DNA of 64,000 nucleotides from Callorhinchus milii (GCF_018977255.1 NW_024704743.1:113772001-113836000), one strand, 5' to 3'. Positions 40,151-52,970 are shown, numbered from the stretch's first letter. Notes: generated by a model from the letters alone, not told the origin. Program-made: numbers and translations.

Positions 40151-42298
40151 CAAGACAAGCTGAACGTGTTCAGACATCTGATCACTGATCACTGATCTGC
40201 TATATTCTTATCGAATGCCCTACCTTATAATAAATAATGAATGTTGTTCCTTTTGCACCACATTCCAGCATTATACGTAACTTTTGGCAATTTATTACTT
40301 TGCCTGTAAACATTTCATGTTTTCCACAGTTAACTCGTGAATTTCTCATGGAAAGAAACAAACCCCACTCTTTTCAGTAAAAGAGGATTTAAAAAAAAGG
40401 AAAATGTAAGAAAAAATATATAGTTGTTAACTACATAATGAACTTGGTAATCACCTGACATTGGTTTGATTTTCTAGTTGTTTCATAAATGCACTTTGGA
40501 AGAGGCATGATATCCAGTTGGTTAATCAATAATTATTTGGTTTACAACTGTCTTCCCCACCCAAGAAATGGAGAATCTACCACAATAATCCATATCAGCC
40601 CAGCTCAGGATGTAAAGTGTGACTCCTAGAGAGAACCTAATGCTTTTGATGCTGACCCACTGGAATTTGGCTCCAACACAATCTCTGAAGAATGGGATCC
40701 ACCAATAAGTCAACCCCAGTTGGGATTCCTTACAGTACTATTATCCTTTGATTTTGATATAATAGTAATCCTTGCATTTGATATAGCTCCTTATCACGTC
40801 TCAAATCGCTTCACACATACATATGTAACTGAACTTTGTCAGACACATTATGCTGACTCATGGGAACTCTGCTATGAAACTAAATTGTGCCATACTTGTA
40901 GTCTCTTTAACAAGAAATCCTGTTAGAAATCCCAGCATGTTAAGACTCTAATAAGTAGCCGTTAGTTGCTGAGTTCAAAAGATTATAGTTTAATCACCCC
41001 ATTTTGGGTGCTGTTTCTGATGCTTCTGTGTGATATTTGGAAGTGGAAAATAAGTAGTTGTAAGAAAAGGAGAAAAAGCTGCATTATTAATAAAGATTTA
41101 AAGGTGCATTCAACCAATAGTCAAAATGAGTTTAAGTGACAAGCTATGCATATTATTTTTTTTAATCTTCAAAAACATCTATTTAAAAACATGTTCAATT
41201 TGGATTCAAAAGTCAATGGATCAGCATACTTAGCCTGACTCAATTGACAAGTCAGTCATTTGTAAATGAAAGCCTTGTGAAGTGTGAACACTGCTTAATG
41301 ATAATTTGATCTGCCATCATGAATTAAAGCTTATTACAGGAATTTGAATTCAATCCAATCCTTAGTTGAATACTGTCCTTCAATTTTGCCTTGGTTGTAA
41401 AAAAAGACTTATGTATACGTAGGAAGGTGGAAAGAAGAACAGGACAGTCTAATCCAACTGACTAGTTCCATTTTCAAATACCATCTCTGTCTGGCTCACG
41501 CAAATTCAAACCCTTTTGTGCCAATAGTGTGTCCAACCCCGCCTGAAACTGCCCATTTTGCTACAAGCTATTGGATTTCAAATTGTTCTGTTCTCTAGTC
41601 ACTGCAAGCAAATGTTATCGGGATTCAACCCAAAACATTACAACTTTTTGAAACATTAAACTACGTTTCGCCCTCACAATTATTTTTAGCAGAATATTCA
41701 CTTTACAATATATTCTGTGAAGCGCTTTGAGACGTCTCAAAGGCATGATAAGGTGCTGTATCAATGTAAGGATTATTACTATTAACTCTGGTAAAAAAAN
41801 TTAAAATTAAAATGTAATTGAAGATTTCACTATCTAAAATCCGTTAGAGTTGTTTTTTTTAGAAAAAGTGTAACAAATGTGTTTAAAATTTAGGCTAAAG
41901 ATGACAAAGACAAGCTGATTCCTGGTAACTTTTGGCCAACAGTAATAGGAGATACCCACGAGAGTCCCAGAACAGCCCATCAAGTCTGTGTAAAAACAGA
42001 GAGAGTTAAAAATACAGGGAAGCAAAAACTGATGAGAAAATAAGTATAGGGAAACTTTCCAAAATCTCTCAACTAAAAAAAAATTGACTGCAGAATATAT
42101 GAAGTGGTGCATGATGTAATAACTATCACGAACAATAATTATCACAACATGGAACATTATTCTCCTGAAGATGACCCAGTTAATGAATCCTGTAGATCAA
42201 CAAACCCCACCCTATCTCCACCCTCATCCTTTTTGTACTGCTAAACCTAATCCCACAGCCAGTTGCTGCAGCCATAGATCCTTTTGATCTTATCACTA

Positions 42299-42531
42299 TG
42301 GAGTCCTGTAGCTCAGTGTTTAAGCAAGCGAGTGACCTGGGTTCTGATTCCCGGTAGGGCAAAACCTTGGGCAAGTTTTCGTACTCCACACGCCTGATAA
42401 AAATCCCTCAAGAAAAAACCCCCCAAAAAACACCCACCAATATACAGTCAATTCACTTTACAGCATATTCTGTGAAGCTCTTTGAGACGTCTAGAAGATG
42501 TGAAAAGCACTATATCAAATGCAAGGATTAT
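42299..42531 (+). mobile_element. tRNA-derived SINE with internal deletions
   Basis: Head and tail present, middle missing. Confidence 0.85.
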
Positions 42532-44010
42532 ATATTTTGTTATTATATACGCAAATTCCAGATTGAATTGTCAGATTGGGAAATCATGTCTTAATTCTGC
42601 TCAATGCAAATACATTTAATAATAATAATCGTTGCATTTGACATAGCGCCTTATCACGTCGTTGAGACATCTATATTGTAAAGTGTACTGACTGGGTATT
42701 TTTTGGGCAAAACATTTCACAATTGGAGGGTAAATCAAAGTAGACACAAGAGACACAGGAAGGAGCCTTTGGGATTTTTTGTGTCTAACTGGAATTTTTA
42801 CATTATATAAAGGAAAAGGGCGGTTGAGGCCAGTACACTGGAACTCATTTAAAAAAACAGCTCATTGCTGTAATAGGAAGACGCTGGGGTGAATATTCTG
42901 GAAGAGATCAAATGGGCCAAAGGGCCTTCTTCATCCAAATCTTTTGATCTTGCTATAATAGCTTAAAAACAAGTCCTTTAGGGAGCCTTGAACTTGGTAA
43001 ATGTGAGCAGTTACAACATAGGAGATCAATATTGTAGGTGAGAAACTTCAAGCATATAAAAAATAAAAAACATTTCTAGCCATTAAGGAGACAAAACTTT
43101 TAAATGCTAAGGTTAGTAATATAATTGGATTTTCGCTTCAGCAGGAAAATAATAGTAAGTTTGGATAGTAACAGTTACAAATTGAGTTTTTATTTTTGTT
43201 TAACAATAACATTTTAATATGTTAAAGTTACCAATTGAAAAAAAATACTTTCTCCCTGACCGGTACCCGTTCTTTTCCAGTCAATAGTGGGCACATTTAA
43301 AATGGAGGTATGTGGGAATGGAGAACACTTAAGTTCATCAACTGGTCAAAAAATTAACAAACAAAACAAATTACAGAAAACAAATGGCAAAATACTGCAT
43401 GAACAACAACAACAAATTACATTTGCATAGCGCCTTTCACGTCGGGTTGACATCCCATGAAATTAAAAGAACACGATACACTCTGTGAAAGAAAGATTTT
43501 TTTAAAAAGTCAAAAACTTGAAAGATTACAAAAATTTTGAAAAGAGTAAAATAACAACAACTTGCATTTATATAGCGCCATTCATGTGGGGTAGAGTCTC
43601 GGAGCGCTTTATCAGCAGCAGAGCCTGACACCAAGCTGGGGGTATCCATCCACAGACATCTCCCTTCTTTACTCTAGTGTTTATGTGTATTTGGTGATGC
43701 CTGGTTTTATTAAAATAAAATCATAGAATGCTGCAACAAAGAAACAAGAAACTTGACTCATCTTCTCTCCCATATTAGTTTTGTGTGTGATAAATGGCTT
43801 TTAGTTTGTTGCCTTTATCAGATTTTCATCTCTATATTCAGTCCCACTTTGGAGATCATCAATGTTGTTTGATACATTTGGAAAATAAAACATAACCAAT
43901 TTTATAGAAGTATGAAAGGAATTATAGCTGAGCTACAGTATTCACCACTCCAGCCATCACTATCTAACTCCACATCAGGTGAGCTTATATTATAAGTGAT
44001 ATCCAGACCT

Positions 44011-44145
44011 TTCTGATGAAAGGTTATTGACCTGAAATGTTAACTAATTTTCCTCTCTCCATAGATGCTGCCTGACTTGCTGTGTGTTCCCAGCGACTTC
44101 TGTTTTTATTTCAGATTTCCAGCATCTGCAGTATTTTACCTTTTG
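44011..44145 (+). repeat. Second, more decayed copy of the hammerhead-bearing repeat
   Basis: ctgatgaaaggttattgacctgaaatgttaact...atagatgctgcctgacttgctgtgtgttcccagcgacttctgttttt, shared with 48211-48315. Confidence 0.75.
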
Positions 44146-44604
44146 TATATTATAAGTGTGCCCACGATGGAATTCGATTGCATCAGTTTTCACAGGTCTG
44201 TTTATTTTGGTCAACCAGTTGTCAGACACATATGGAAACCCATCACCAAGCTTTTACGTATCTAAACCAGATTGAGTGTTCTACGTATGTACTTACACAC
44301 TGAAATATCTGGAAAAGAATATGCACTTACTCCATGGAGGGACATACCCTGCTTACCTAATTCCTGAGAGTATTAGATGAAGGTTGGTAAGAGCTAAGGC
44401 TTGAGGACCCTATGTGTTGGAGTACTTATGGAGTTTAACCAACTAAAACTGCATGCTTGCCATTGAAAGCACTACTGGCAAGCTTCTTACTGCTTGTGTA
44501 GCGAGGATCACCCTATCTCACTTTACAGGGTAAAGCGCTTTGAGACGTCAACAACATGATAAGGCGCTGTATCAAATGCAAGGATTATTATTATTACAAT
44601 GGGT

Positions 44605-45745
44605 TAACAACAACAAACAACAACTTGCACTTATATAGTGCCTTCCACGCAAAGTAGCGTCTCAGAGCACTTAACAGTGGCGGAGCCTGACTCTGAGTCA
44701 GGGGGAGGGGGGAGGTGGCCATGAGCATGGTTGAAGAAGAAAATTTTCAGGTGAGACTTGAAGAGGGGAGAGAGGGGGCAAGGTAGAGGAATTAAGGCAG
44801 AGTGTTCCAGAGTTTTGAAGCGTGGTGGCTGAAAGCACAACCTCTGATGGTGGGGTGGAGGGTGCGAGGGATGAGCAGGAGGACGGTGCCAGTCGAGCGG
44901 AGGCGCCAGATGGTGGATTAGGGAGTGAGGAGGTCGGAAAGCTAGTGAGGTGCCAGAGAGTGAATAGATTTGAACATGAGTGTGAGGATCTTGAAGTCTA
45001 TCTATTCAGTGATGGGGAGCCAGTGGAGCCTGGCCAGAACTGGTGAGATGTGGGTATGGAGTTTGGTCCGGGTCAGTATGCGGGTGGCAGAATTTTGAAT
45101 GAGTTGGCTCTTTTGAACGGTGAAGTTGAGGAGACCTGTGAGGAGTGCGTTTGAGTAATCCAACCAGGATGTGACAAATGCACGCACGAGGGTTTCGGCT
45201 GCATTTGGGGTAAGATACGGTCTGAGGTGGGCAATGTAGCTGAGGTGGAAGAAGGCGGTCCTGGTCAGATGTGGGGAACAAAGGACAACTGGGGGTCAAA
45301 CTGGACGCCTAGATTGCGGTGAGTCTGAGGGAGAGCGTGGGGAGGTTGAGGAGTTTAAATCCGCAGGAGTGAAGATGTTGACGCAAGCCAGGGAGTATGG
45401 CTTCTGTCCTGTCCATATTCAGCTGCAGGAAGTATACACTCATCCAGGCCCTGCTGTCTGCCAGAGAAGCTGATAAAACATCGGCGGACCTGGATTTGCT
45501 ACAGGAGGAGGCAAAGTAGATTTGTGTGTCATCCACATACATGTGGAAGTTTACCCCAATGCGGATGACATTGCCCAGAGGAAGCATATAGATAAGGAAA
45601 AGAAGAGCGCCAAGAATGGAGCCCTGGGGTACAGGTGGGAGCGTGAGGAGAAACCATTTGCCGAGATGAGATGGAGGCGATTGGTTAAGTAGGTCTCGAA
45701 CCACGCGAGCGCGGTCCCACTAAGGTGGACGAGTGAGCGAGGAGT
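44605..45745 (-). mobile_element. L2-clade LINE fragment in XKR9 intron 1 (second subfamily)
   Basis: [37 protein letters not shown] on the minus strand; (caa)n tail near 44607. Confidence 0.9.
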
Positions 45746-45968
45746 TGAGAGATTTTTTTTAAAAAGATCAATTGGAAAAACATTCTTTATTAGCGTAAAT
45801 AGGATGGTTGCACAGTAAAATAAATGGAATGTTTTGTCTAAGTGAAGAACAACGAAATAAGTTGGGGCTCTTCAGCCTCAGAAAAAAAAAGAGATGGGGG
45901 GGTGGGGGGGGGGGGGGGGGGAGGGTGGACAGTTCTTGACCCCAATCAAAGTCATTGAAACCACCTAC

Positions 45969-46297
45969 CTCACTGGTATTCCCATCTGAAAAACGTGGAG
46001 TAATCCCAGACATAAAAAAGGCATTCGACAATAATGGTGGCAGGGGGGGGGTTGGCTTTCTGAGCCATTCTGGCGAGATTGCTTCTGGTCATCGCAATGC
46101 CAGGACAGGCTGAAGATCTGGATGGTCACAGCTGCCAGGAGCATCGATCCCAACACCAAAGCGAACCACACAACCCTCCCTTCTCTCCAGAAGGACAGCG
46201 CGACCCAAAGGTCGGTACCCACGTCTCCCACGTACAGGAACAATCCTGTCACAACCATCGTGAAGTCAAACCTCCCGAAGCGACCCTCACTGCTCAT
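45969..46297 (-). CDS. XKR9: XK-related protein 9, coding exon 1 (329 bp)
   Basis: ATG at 46297; MSSEGRFGRFDFTMVVTGLFLYVGDVGTDLWVA...LLHVFQMGIPVR contains the XK-family D-x-x-T-D first helix; donor AG|GTAGGT at 45968, phase 2. Confidence 0.9.
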
Positions 46298-47404
46298 GAT
46301 CAGGGCGTCAATCTGTCCGATTCCCAATCCATAACGTGTGTGAGGGGGTTCTCTGTCAATGTGGCACCGCGCCCTGAGGATAAATACATGTGAGGATCAT
46401 GTGAATACCTATCGCTGCCTCTGTTTCAGCTTTGCTCAGGGCGATGGCAAAGCTCATTCGATCCTTCGGCGACTGATCTATAGTTTGGTGTCCGAGTGCG
46501 AAACGGTATTCATCGTACGATCCGCCCAGGGTCACAGCAACGACAAAATGATGCTCAGTGAGATAACCACACGCACACACACAAAAAAAAAATGCTGCAT
46601 GTGGGGGAATTCACTGCACTTCTTCGAAGGCAGTCGCTGATGTCCTAATACATTACCAAACTCCCAACTTTCGGTTTCGCAAAGTTTCGCTTCCGCAGTG
46701 CCACAGATGTCATAAACTGATTGCATTATGCATTGCAAAGGTGCCATTCATATTTCCATCGTCTTGGTCACCACACGATTCTGGTTGTGGTAACCCTGTC
46801 AGAACCAATGCCCGGGTCAACCCACAGCCCGACTGGTCAGCGCTTGTCACCAATATCAAAAAGATAAATGTGTCCCAATCAAATGTACTGTAGCATCTAA
46901 CCATCAGCATGGTCCAAGCGAAAGGTCTCCCATCATGATCTAGAAGAGGGGAAGAAGGGGACAAGGCGGAGGGATTGGCGGAGCGAGTTCCAAAGCTTTG
47001 GGGCGCGGTGTGAAGGTGTGGCCGCCAATGGTGGAGCGGAGGGTACGGGGGTACGAGGGACAAGCAGGAGGTCAGAGCCAGCCGAGCGGAGGCAGCGGCT
47101 GCTGGGAAGAAAACAGGTCAGAAAGGAAACCAATTGAGAAAACTTGGCATTCAGATCATACTGCAAGCAATTTTGTAAATAGGAAAATGTTCATATAGAA
47201 ATTTCCAGGATACAGTTCCTTTGCTGCAGTTTTGGAGATTGAGCCATCCATACCAGGTATGGGTCAGATTGGGGTCAAGAACTAAAATTTATTTTAAATA
47301 TTTTGTCTTGGATTCTTTAAATCTAAAAGTTGTAATGAGATGGTTCTTCGGTCATCACTCCTCCCACCAGTAAAATAAATTTAGGGAATGTACTATGAGA
47401 GTTG

Positions 47405-47618
47405 TACGCTTGATAATAATCCCTCAAGAAAAAAAAACAATAATAAATTGGTCACTTCAATCCACGACTGTTTGTGGGACACTGCTGTGCGCAATTGGCT
47501 GCTACATTTTGCCCATAAATATACAGTCAATTCACTTTACAGTATATTCTGTGAAGAGCTTTGAGACGTCTAGAAGACTTGAAAAGCGCTATGTTAAATG
47601 CTAGGATTATTATTATTA
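47405..47618 (+). mobile_element. 5'-truncated SINE
   Basis: Body and tail only. Confidence 0.85.
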
Positions 47619-48208
47619 CAGCAAATACTGAGGCATAATAGCTCAGGAGATAGGCAAATACTACAATGTAATTTATCAGGTTTACAATAAAATTGAATTG
47701 TTTGAACAGGGTGTTTGTGATATCATTATAATGTCAAACAAGTCTTAAAGTTTTTTTTAGATAATGGGTAGTTATCACTGATCTTTTGGTCACCCTGTAT
47801 TATAGCTTGTATTGTTTTTACCTTTAATAGCTATTTTTCCAAAAACATTGCAGGCAGGAGCCTTTGTTTTAAATGTTTGATTGATTGGAAGGAATTGTCT
47901 GTGATCTTGGCTCAGTTAGTAGTGCTAATGCCTCTTGGAGAGAAGGTTGTGTTTCATGTCCAGTGTTGGAGACTCAAGACACTCCTCTTCGACCGCGCCT
48001 TCGATCACTCTCCTTCCCCCCCTGCCCTCCCCGATCCAGACCCCTAGCTCGGGTCCGAAACATTGATTGTCCAGTGCTTTGGATGTCCTCCCGATGTGAA
48101 AGGCGCTACATAAGTGTAATTTTGTTGTTGTTGTTGTTGTTGAGCTAGTGGTCTTGGCTGACACTCCAGCACACTGTTCGGGAAGCACTGGATTATTGGA
48201 GTACCCCC

Positions 48209-48245
48209 AGTTCTGATGAAGGGTCGTGGACCCGAAACGTTGACT
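48209..48245 (+). ncRNA. Minimal hammerhead-ribozyme-like motif within a Penelope-like repeat fragment (~48209-48315)
   Basis: AGTT-CTGATGA-A-GGGTC gtg GACCC-GAAAC-GTT-GACT; related copy at 44011-44145. Confidence 0.6.
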
Positions 48246-48324
48246 CACTTTCCTTTCCCCATAGATGCTGCCTCACCTGCTGAGTGTTCCCAGCGACTTC
48301 TGTTTTTGTTTTCATCTTTTGGAA

Positions 48325-50001
48325 TGAGGTCACCACGACTATCCACAAACTCAAACCCACCACCTGCTCCCTTGATCCCATCCCCACCTCTCTCCTCATC
48401 TTCCAACTGCACCTTCTGGCCCCTCTCCTGTATGACGTCATCAACCTCTCCTTGTCCACCGGTTCAGTTCCGACCCTCCTAAAAACAGCCATCATCACCC
48501 CCATCTCAAAAAAACCTGCCCTGGACCCATCCTTTCTCTCCAGCTACCGCCCCATCTCTAACCTCCCACTCCTCTCCAAGGTCCTGAAATGAGTCGTCAT
48601 GTCCCAGCTCCGCTCCTTTCTTTCTCGCTATTTCCTCTTTGAACCCCTCCAATCCGGCTCAGCGCTGCCCACAGCACGGAAACAGCCCTGGTCAAAGTCA
48701 CTAATGACATTCTGAACATCTGTGATAAGGGCTCCCTCTGCCTCCTTGTCCTCCTCGACCTCTCTGTCACCTTCGACACTGTTGACCACTCCATCCTCAT
48801 ACATCGTCTCTCCACTTTACTCAATCTTCACGGACCTGCCCTTGCCTGGTTTGATTCCTATTTCTCTCACCTTCTCCACTTTGTTGCCTCTAATGGTTTC
48901 TCCTCCAGCCCCCGCACTGTCACATCTGGCATCCCCCAGGGCTCTGTCCTTGGCCCTCTCCTCTTTAATGCGTGCTTCCCCTTGGTCACATCATCCGCAG
49001 ACATGGGTTCAACTCCTACATGTATGCGGGTGACACCCAACTCTATCTTTCTGCCTTCACCCTCAACTCCAGGACCACTGCTGTCCTGACAGACTGCCTG
49101 TCAGACATCAAGTCCTGGATGAGGGCAAATTTCCTACAGTTGAATGTGAACAAGACTGAGGCCCTCCTGATTGGCTCACACCAGCGCCTCTGCACCTCAG
49201 GCTCTGGTAGCATCAACCTCCATGGTTGCATACTACAACTCACCAAGCCAGTCAGGAACCTAGGTGTCCTGTTCGACCCTCAACTGTCTTTTCTTCCTCA
49301 CATCCAAGCCATGACCCGCTCTGCCTTCCCTCAACTCCGTAACATCGCCCGACTCCGCCACTACCTCACCCCTCAGGCAACTGAAACTCTTGTTCATGCC
49401 TTCATCACCTCCAAGCTCGACTATGCAAACGCCCTGCTTGTCGGCCTTCCCAACTCCTCCCTCCACAGGTTGCAGATAATCTAGAACTCTGTAGCCCACG
49501 TTCTCTCCAGCACCAAACTCCGTGACCCCATCTCCCCCACTCTCGCCTGACTCCATTGGCTCCCTATTCTTCAGAGAATCCAGTTCAAGATCCTGGTCCT
49601 CACCTACAAAGCCCTCCATGGCCTCGCCCCACCCGACCTCTGCGACCTCCTAACCCCCTACCAATCTGCCCATTCCCTCTGCTAAGCCGGCTCGGGCCTG
49701 CTCCACGTCCCCTGACCCACCCGCCCAACCTTTGGGGGGAGCCTTCAGCTACTCTGACCCCAACCTCTGGAATTCCATCCTCCACTCACTCCACCTCACC
49801 CCCTCCTTAGCCTCCTTCAAGTCCCGCCTCAAGACTCTCCTTTTTGACCATAGCATTGGTCACCCCCCTTCCCCTCCAATCCCTTCTCCCACCCTGACCC
49901 CAGCTCGGGTCTGAAATGCTGTATACTGTCCAGCGCCTTGGGACATCCTCCCGACGTGAAAGGCGCTATATCAATGTAATCTTGTTGTTGTTGTTGTTGT
50001 T
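48325..50001 (+). mobile_element. L2-clade LINE, 5'-truncated, same family as 25655-27120
   Basis: LDPIPT, YRPISNLP, YAGDTQLY, LQLNVNKTE, SKLDYAN; tail ...ggcgctatatcaatgtaatc(ttg)n; DNA closely similar to the 25.7 kb copy. Confidence 0.93.
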
Positions 50002-50429
50002 TAACCAAGATCGTTTCTCCCTGCTCGAGTAGGTGTTGCAAGAACTCATGACAGATTCAAAGAGAAGGGAGTGTCTCCTGACAATCCTGTCTTTAATGAG
50101 TCACTCACATTGCTGTGCACATATTAGCTGTTTAATTTGCCTACAAGTACACCGACACGACACTTTACAGGAAAAACTTGCTTTTTTCCCCCAAGCGCGA
50201 AGGTGTCTGAGACGATTCAAAGTGACACGGTTTCCATCGAACAATAATTATTATTGACAGTAATTGAAGGGTGTCAAATGGCTTGTGAGCCAAGGCCACA
50301 CAGAGGATACAATGCACAAAAACAATTTAAAGAATGACACAGAACTAATGAACAAGATGTCACCAACAAGACCTGCACCTGTTGAGCACATAACACAGCA
50401 ATGCTCAGCCCACATACAAGGAGCAGAGC

Positions 50430-50700
50430 TTTGCCACGTGGTAGAAGCAGAGCTCCGCCCCGCCGCCCCCTCCCCGGCACGGCCGAACGTGCTTACGTCA
50501 CGCCGGATAGCGTCATCACGTCGCCGAGAATTGCTGCTGAAGCGATTCTGGAAAGTTCGGCGTCGCGCTCTGTGCCCCGCGGCCGCCATGATGACTTTTC
50601 TGCCCAAAGTGGAGCAACTGTCGTCGCGGGTCGTGCGGATCCTCGGCTGTAACCCGGGGCCCATGACTCTGCAGGGCACCAACACCTATCTGGTGGGCAC
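50430..50700. promoter_or_regulatory. CpG-rich LACTB2 promoter/5' region, possibly bidirectional with XKR9
   Basis: Dense CpG; CACGTG at 50435-50440, CCGCCC at 50455-50460, TTACGTCA at 50493-50500, all just upstream of the ATG. Confidence 0.7.
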
Positions 50701-50709
50701 AGGGCCCTG
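50588..50709 (+). CDS. LACTB2: LACTB2 endoribonuclease, exon 1 (122 bp)
   Basis: Kozak gccgcc[43 protein letters not shown]; donor TG|GTATGT. Confidence 0.96.
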
Positions 50710-50754
50710 GTATGTAAATACTGTGGGAGGTTCAGCTCAGCTTAGGCCACGGAT

Positions 50755-52610
50755 AACAGTACCACCACCACCACCCACACCAGCACTGTCACCACCACCA
50801 CCACCCACACCAGCACTGTCACCACCACCCACACCAGCACTGTCACCATCACCACCCACACCAGCACTGTCACCACCACCACCACCACCACCCACACCAG
50901 CACTGTCACCATCACCACCCACACCAGCACTGTCACCATCACCACCACTACCACCCACACCAGCACTGTCACCATCACCACCACCACCACCCACACCAGC
51001 ACTGTCACCATCACCACCACCACCACCCACACCAGCACTGTCACCATCACCACCACCACCACCACCCACACCAGCACTGTCACCATCACCACCACCACCA
51101 CCCACACCAGCACTGTCACCATCACCACCACCACCACCACCCACACCAGCACTGTCACCACCACCACCACCACCACCCACACCAGCACTGTCACCATCAC
51201 CACCCACACCAGCACTGTCACCATCACCACCCACACCAGCACTGTCACTACCACCCACACCAGCACTGTCACCATCACCACCACCACCACCCACACTGTC
51301 ACCATCACCACCACCACCACCCACACTGTCACCATCACCACCACCACCACCCACACCAGCACTGTCACCATCACCCACACCAGCACTGTCACCACCACCA
51401 CCCACACCAGCACTGTCACCATCACCCACACCAGCACTGTCACCATCACCGCCCACACCAGCACTGTCACCACCACCCACACCAGCACTGTCACCACCAC
51501 CCACACCAGCACTGTCACCACCACCGCCCACACCAGCACTGTAACCACCACCGCCCACACCAGCACTGTCACCACCACCCACACCCGCACTGTCACTACC
51601 ACCCACACCAGCACTGTCACCATCACCGCCCACACCAGCACTGTCACCACCACCACCCACACCAGCACTGTCACCATCACCCACACCAGCACTGTAACCA
51701 CCACCCACACCAGCACTGTCACCATCACCACCCACACCAGCACTGTCACCATCACCACCCACACCAGCACTGTCACCATCACCCACACCAGCACTGTCAC
51801 CACCACCCACACCAGCACTGTCACCACCACCACCCACACCAGCACTGTCACCACCACCACCCACACCAGCACTGTCACCACCACCCACACCAGCACTGTC
51901 ACCACCACCACCCACACCAGCACTGTCACCACCACCCACACCAGCACTGTAACCACCACCCACACCAGCACTGTCACCATCACCACCCACACCAGCACTG
52001 TCACCACCCACACCAGCACTGTCACCATCACCGCCCACACCAGCACTGTCACCACCACCGCCCACACCAGCACGGTCACTACCACCCACACCAGCACTGT
52101 AACCACCACCCACACCAGCACTGTCACCATCACCACCCACACCAGCACTGTCACCACCACCACCCACACCAGCACTGTCACCATCACCGCCCACACCAGC
52201 ACTGTCACCATCACCCACACCAGCACTGTCACCATCACCACCCACACCAGCACTGTCACCACCACCACCACCCACACCAGCACTGTAACCACCACCCACA
52301 CCAGCACTGTCGCCATCACCACCCACACCAGCACTGTCACCACCACCATCCACACCAACAAAACACACACACCAGCGTCAACACCACCACACACACCAAT
52401 GTCAACATCATCATCACACACATCCCAGCACTGTCAACACACCACCAGCACTGTCAACACACACACCAGCACTGTCAACATCACCACCACGCACCGGTGT
52501 CAACACCATCACACACAAATAAGTGACATGTTGTTAAAATACAACACCACCACACACACACCAACACTGTCAACACCATCACACACACACACCAGCACTG
52601 TCAACACAAC
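50755..52610. repeat. Minisatellite in LACTB2 intron 1, unit CCCACACCAGCACTGTCA(CCA)n
   Basis: About 1.6 kb of near-perfect units with a variable CCA/TCA tract, degenerating after ~52350. Confidence 0.97.
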
Positions 52611-52806
52611 AAATTACAGAATATACTGTTAAGGGAATCAACTGTATATTTTGTGGACGAAATGCAGGAAGTGTCATTGATAATCTTTAATTATCATAAT
52701 TGTAATCTTGAGCCCCTGACTCCTACTCCAACTATTAACCACCTTATATGCATTTCCATCTCATATTTGAGAAGGTTAACGTTAAAATAAATGTTCTATC
52801 CTACAG

Positions 52807-52970
52807 TCGAATTCTGATTGACACAGGAGAACCAGCAGTACCTGAGTACATCAGGTTTTTGAAACAAACACTGACTCAATTAAATGCCAGTATTCAGGAA
52901 ATTCTGGTAACGCACTGGCACATTGATCATGTTGGAGGCATATCAGATATATTGAAAAATGTTACTAATG
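52807..52970 (+). CDS. LACTB2: LACTB2 exon 2 (164 bp)
   Basis: tcctacag|T...G|gtgagt; [15 protein letters not shown]...[17 protein letters not shown]; HxHxDH zinc motif at 52913-52930. Confidence 0.97.

Noticed and set aside
41800..41800. Ambiguous base n
   Set aside because: Assembly or sequence ambiguity next to an A run, not a biological feature.
50264..50587. N-terminal extension of LACTB2 in the 426-aa ORF
   Set aside because: Homology and a strong Kozak context start at ATG 50588; the upstream part is promoter/UTR and the ORF call begins at TTG.
50755..52350. CRISPR-like or Chi-site array
   Set aside because: The spacers are just CCA/TCA tracts rather than unique sequences; the DNA is vertebrate and has no cas genes; GCTGGTGT is not Chi.
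50737..52421. 543-aa Gly-rich and 559-aa Val-rich minus-strand ORFs
   Set aside because: They are by-products of a 3n-unit minisatellite in LACTB2 intron 1, with no independent gene signals.
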